Below are positions 63,527 to 64,000 of a DNA stretch of 64,000 bases, one piece after another. This stretch comes from a virus. The DNA lies in the IMG/VR virus record IMGVR_UViG_3300047560_000724, positions 1 through 64,000 of that record; one strand, written 5' to 3'. A program made the position numbers and the translations under genes. The notes under the pieces are model-generated. The model did no database searches. It was not told the DNA's origin and saw nothing but the letters and a program-made list of their open reading frames with translations. The number at the start of each line of letters is the position of its first letter. The stretch's first letter is position 1.

Positions 63527-63532
63527 ATAATT

Positions 63533-63607
63533 TGGTGGTGATGAGTAGAGTCGAACTACCACCAGACTCCGTATGAAGGAGGCGCACTACCATTATGCTA
63601 CATCACC
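63533..63607 (-). tRNA. tRNA with CAT anticodon (elongator Met or Ile2)
   Basis: Loop TTCATAC, CCA; identity not resolved by eye. Confidence 0.8.
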
Positions 63608-63700
63608 ATATAGAAACACACTCGTGCCTTTTTCGTCAGAGGAAGGTGGCCTTTCCCAGTACCCGGACTATGTCCGGTGTCGAATATGTTTTCATATGGT
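63605..63700 (-). repeat. Long-stem cassette B
   Basis: ACCATATGAAAACATATTCG...CGAGTGTGTTTCTATATGGT. Confidence 0.75.
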
Positions 63701-63702
63701 AA

Positions 63703-63790
63703 TACCATATAGAAACACACTGGCTTGCAAGACTTCTACTAACCTTTCGATGGATGTCGCAGTTAGTATTCAATGTGTTTTTATATGGTA
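63703..63790 (-). repeat. Long-stem cassette C
   Basis: TACCATATAAAAACACATTG...CAGTGTGTTTCTATATGGTA. Confidence 0.75.
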
Positions 63791-63859
63791 GGGGCACAGA
63801 GAATCGAACTCTGATTAATAGGTTAAAAGCCTACTACTTTGCCGTTAAGTTATACCCCC
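63786..63859 (-). tRNA. tRNA-Lys(TTT)
   Basis: Loop CTTTTAA, CCA. Confidence 0.87.
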
Positions 63860-63862
63860 GTA

Positions 63863-63937
63863 TGGTCCACGCTCTGAGAATCGAACTCAGTTCCTCCGGG
63901 TAAGAGCCGGTTACTTCGCCACTAAAGTTTAGCGTGG
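63863..63937 (-). tRNA. tRNA-Lys(CTT)
   Basis: Loop CTCTTAC, CCA. Confidence 0.82.
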
Positions 63938-64000
63938 TTGGTCGTAATTAAATTGATTTAATGTGCCAACCAGGACCAATACGGGGTCAAGGTCGACACT

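Noticed and set aside
61637-63790. CRISPR array reading of the ACCATATAGAAACACACT repeats
   Set aside because: Only three copies, not regularly spaced, each paired with its own inverted arm, and no cas genes in the window.
1-64000. Bacterial chromosome or integrated prophage
   Set aside because: Host-like genes are isolated among phage structural, lysis and hypothetical genes with T4-late-type promoters; no rRNA, housekeeping operons, integrase or att boundary is seen.

Overview
This window looks like part of a large T4-like (jumbo) myovirus genome infecting a Gram-negative host. The evidence is dense minus-strand genes, TAAATA late-type promoters alongside sigma70 promoters, spanins, a gp9/gp10-type baseplate N-terminus and a clamp loader. 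From left to right it holds: probable head-packaged proteins; ClpA and DnaJ; a lysis cassette (holin, two spanins, GH19 endolysin); PhoH, dCMP deaminase, clamp loader, GroES and a DnaE fragment; tail and baseplate genes; ErpA, SOD and UvsE; two QueD genes behind a riboswitch-like pseudoknot; two radical SAM genes; DNA ligase, ClpP and IF-1; two orphan solute-binding proteins; a kinase/phosphoesterase/phosphatase trio; a DUF2828 (Ro60/TROVE-like vWA) gene; and an array of 28 CCA-encoding tRNAs interleaved with rpoZ, an HNH gene and several structured spacers. The most striking signal is a family of four (possibly five) ncRNA-like elements sharing a covarying 7-bp terminal stem plus an ACAGCAA motif. 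Three lie in tandem directly upstream of the DUF2828 gene and one encloses a complete circularly permuted tRNA-Arg(UCU). This suggests a phage-encoded Ro60/Y-RNA-like system. All calls come from reading motifs by eye; no database searches or folding programs were run.
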